Below are positions 60,690-64,000 of a stretch of 64,000 nucleotides of DNA, piece by piece. The stretch's first letter is position 1. Every line of letters begins with the position of its first letter. This DNA is from Eutreptiella sp. 'Long Island Sound 2002' (taxonomy: Eukaryota > Protista > Euglenida). A program made the position numbers and the translations under genes. Below the pieces are notes generated by a model. The model searched no databases. It was not told the origin of the DNA and saw nothing but the letters and a program-made list of their open reading frames with translations. The stretch spans positions 79,732,001 to 79,796,000 of the forward strand of contig OZ038379.1 of assembly GCA_964036045.1 (NCBI GenBank), given 5' to 3'.

Positions 60690-62400
60690 CAAGCGCCCCG
60701 CCCTCACCTACCTGGTACTGGCGAAACAACACATCAGGCCGCCGGAAGCACCTGTGTACCCAACGAAACAGCGTTGTTCACGCGGAGTCCCAGAGACACA
60801 AACCATTGAGTGGACCACGTACCACCCAAAACAAGCGTATCTGCTCAAATACATACACAACTACCTCATACAAGGACACGAAAGGACCCGCGAGTACGTA
60901 CAGATGAATGCGGCGGGGACGGAGGTCATCCACCAAGGGATCGGGGCTTACACCATCCCCCGGATAAGGCCAGCCACCACCACACCCTGGGCCACCGGGG
61001 CGGAGGGAGCGCTCCTCCACGCATATCAACCGACGTCCCCGTGCTGCCTGCCCCGGCCAGAGGACCAGAACACAATCATATTTGCGGACGCCTGCGGCAC
61101 GATGGGCCTCACACCAGCGGCTGCTGGGGCAGCCCTGGAACTATGACCAGACGCAACCGGCCAACTGCGGCAACACCACCTGACGGGTAACAACACTTTT
61201 GGCGCTTCCTCGCTCAGTGAGCTGAAGATGCTAGCGATCATTGTGGACGCCCTTACCGCCATCTCCAAGGCACACCACGTATGGGTCGTACTTCCCGCGG
61301 CTGTGGACTTCCAGATCGTACGGCGCCTCGCCAGACAGCCACTGCACAAGGCAACCAACTCCAGCCTGGGCATGCAGGCACTACTCCTGTGGGTGGCACT
61401 GCGGAACCTGCCAGGGCACATTGTCTTACACTTGTTAAAATGAGGGTCCCATTGCTACAACCTAGGCAACGGACACATCGACCTACATGCACAAAACCAA
61501 CTTGCGGAGCACTTACCAACCCCGGACGAGCCCCCGCTACACGACCACATGCACAGACACCTCCAGCATCCACCCTGGATCCCGCACCCCGGGGACCTGC
61601 CACCCTGGGTGTCGGACGACGTGATCTACAATGACACGGGGCAGGCATACCACTACCTACAGCCTCCCTGAACAATGGCCATCATCCGGGGCTGCTACGC
61701 CAACAAGGTCCTCATGACCTGCCTCCAACAGAATTTGCAAACGACGCTGTACTACTCGTCCCTTGACCCATCTCTGCTACCAGTACACCTACAAAAGCGG
61801 CGGGCTGAGCTCCTGCAACTGCACTACTAAACAGAGTGCCAAGGTGGTACCGCAGGAAGGGTGTCAGCATACCGCCCGAGTACACTGTATGCCCATGCCA
61901 CATGCACACACCAGAGATATGGGACCACTTCACGAAATGCCGGCTAGCCCAAGACGGCATCCACCTGGCCTCGTGGAAACCGGAGGACACAATCACGCAA
62001 CACGCTAGAAGGGGCCCGGCGACTCCACCAGCCAACGAGGTATGACGCCTGATGCCCGAACCCGAGATCGAGGAGGCTATGTTACGTCGGGCGGTGCCAC
62101 TGGAGCTCTACCGGGTCCTCGGTGACAATGCGCCCAATACAAGGGCCACAGTGAGCTGCATGCGGCTCACACCAATCAAACGAGCGGATGCACAGCTGGG
62201 ACATGACACCGAACTATTCACACCAGAGGCACAGCGCGCCCCAGACGACCAACGTACCTAGTACAACCTGATCACACACTATTAATCAGTTCAGCCATCC
62301 GATTAGCGCGCTAGCCGGGAACCCCCGCGGAGCCCTTGCCGCAAGCACACATCGCACCACAACGCGCGCTACGGTAAACGAGCCCTTTTTCTTTTTAATT
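60690..62400 (+). mobile_element. 5'-truncated LINE 3' fragment (RNase H, zinc finger, C-terminus)
   Basis: TIIFADACG, TFGASSLSELKML, VWVVLPAAVD, SHCYNLGNGHID, VCPCHMHTPEIWDHFTKC. The C-terminal helix aligns with LINE 1 (EPEIEEAMLRRAV vs DPLIREATMRGAV). Confidence 0.85.
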
Positions 62401-63397
62401 GTACAGCCAGTTTAATGTCCTGACAGGGACACAGCCCTCAATCAGAGTGAAATGTATAGACAAACGTGGTTGGCTCTCCCTAGCACTATGTGAGGGTTGT
62501 AGCCATGGAGGGACCTCGGAACTCCCCCTGTCATGGATGTGTAGGGTTGAAGAGAACTAGGTTGCCTTGGCATGCGCCCGTGTGGTGCCTGGTTGGTTGC
62601 ACAGTGAAATGGAGGCTTGACGGGATGAAATCAGGATCAGGGGGAGGGATGGAGGCGTTGTTGTGTGAGACGTGGTGGTGTGGACAGGATCAGCCAAGGC
62701 TTACTCAAGTGTTGGAACAAATCAGAAGTACTGTGAAGTGTGCAGGCAGGGAGGGGCGGGGAGGGGATCTGGATGCGGTTCTGAGAGCTGAGGTGATGCG
62801 TGTGGTGGCCTTACCGTAGTAATGGACCGGTCGCCGCTTCCGAAATCGACCGGTGAAAGAGATGTGTGCACTTTGCAGAAGGCAGGAGCCTACAGAGATG
62901 ATCAAGGGCCTGGCGGTTGGGACTGCTTGATGCATCAGGGCCTCTCAGGCCAACTTCACTGTTCAAGGGGACTGGAAAGAGGATCTCATGGTACATTATC
63001 AATCTGTCGGCATGCAACGCCAGGACAAACGCCGTTTGTGGGTGGGCTCGGTGTACTGGAGTGCTGCATAGATTTAGTCCAGCTACAACTTGATTTCCGG
63101 GGCGGCTCGCGGGGTTCGGGTACTCGCTGATGGGGGCAGCTCGGCGGGAGGTAGAGGGGGGGCTGGAGCTGGGAAGAAATCAATTATCCGTCGGTTCGAG
63201 CTGTCAGCACCGGGGGGTTGGGAGGTGCCACCGGTTTGGGGGCGGAGGAGTAACTACGAGTTTTGCGAGGTGGAGGATCTTCAGTGTCCTGGCCGCGTTT
63301 CGTGGGTGGTTGTTTGGGACGCATGGGCTTTTTGTTTTTGTGGGTGCGTGGCTTTCTTGAGGGGGGGGTCGGACTGAGTCTGGCAGGTGGTCTGCGG

Positions 63398-63928
63398 TCA
63401 GCGGATAGTGATAATCGCTGTGTGCTCATGGGGTGTGTGACGTCCTGTAGGTGCTGTGTGGTTTGCCCCGGATGTTGAGACCTTTGGGGGGGGGGGGCGG
63501 GGAAGGGGGGGGGGATCTTGGGCTAGCCAAGTGAGTGCTTTGGACAGAGCGTCTTTCAACTGCCGCTGGCGCTGGGGGAGTGCATTTTTAAAAGCCAAAA
63601 CGCGCTGAAGTCCTGTTCCGCCTGTGGTGGGTGCAACCATGGCTTCGTACAGGGTGGAGGGCACCAGAAACTTGACGAAGTTTCGTTTGTCTCTTGGGTT
63701 GGAGCACTGGGCACACCAGATGCTTGCTACCTGGTTGAGGGGCGGAGGCCACACATGTCTGAAGCTTTGCACAATGTGGTCAGCGCTAGGACAATGAACA
63801 AGAAGGAGGCTGCATCGAGGGGATGTGGCTGGGAGCATTTTTTTGAATGTTCTTAACCGCATCAACTTGTTCTGGGGCTGACGTCCCCCAATGAAAGTAT
63901 TCACATCAACATATAAAGATATGTACAC
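63398..63928 (-). other. Unclassified ORF fragment, probably from the 5' part of another repeat element
   Basis: 176-aa frame followed by Pro-rich sequence. It shares 47 nt with the end of the nested insertion at 26530-26576. Confidence 0.3.
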
Positions 63929-64000
63929 GGCTGCTCCGACGGTTAGGTTAGATGAACGCTGATTTACCCTGTGGGGAAGGGGGGGGGTTCCAGAAGAGGC

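Noticed and set aside
56094-60690. Idea that LINE 2 and the 60.7-62.4 kb fragment are one element split by the pogo insertion
   Set aside because: The YQLVPQ segment appears in both pieces with divergent flanks and no TSD links them; separate copies are more likely.

Overview
Eukaryotic, repeat-saturated DNA made almost entirely of decayed, nested transposable elements. I could not confidently identify any intact host gene, rRNA, tRNA or CRISPR array. Left to right: (1) 1-5390 (-): a Ty3/gypsy pol remnant (protease, methyltransferase-like domain, RT, RNase H) with a 1.2-kb tandem duplication. (2) 5424-17320 (+): a 5'-truncated DIRS element (RT-RNase H-MTase plus tyrosine recombinase) whose recombinase ORF is split by the next element. 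(3) 6810-16557 (-): a Ty3/gypsy element with both LTRs (~710 bp), a 5-bp TSD (GTCTA), an initiator-Met PBS and a PPT. It encodes gag-protease-N6-adenine-MTase-partial RNase H-integrase-chromodomain but no RT. (4) ~20216-37830 (-): a very large non-LTR element (APE-RT-RNase H-Zn finger) followed by a Ulp1/C48-like protease ORF and a long repetitive 3' region with a (CCTA)n-like tail. It contains a nested 2.67-kb insert with a perfect 16-bp TSD. (5) 38900-46100: degenerate coding-like DNA I could not classify. (6) ~47900-56094 (+): a related LINE with ~4.8 kb of coding-like sequence upstream of the APE, preceded by an (ACAAC)-type satellite. (7) 56612-58949 (-): a pogo-type DDE transposase pseudogene ending in a SAP-like motif and a chromodomain. 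(8) 60455-62400: a LINE 3' fragment. The most unusual items are the chromodomain/SAP-bearing DNA transposase, the adenine-MTase domain inside two divergent gypsy polyproteins, and the Ulp1-like protease 3' of a LINE. All domain calls come from motif recognition by eye and need HMM confirmation. Percent identities are hand counts or estimates.
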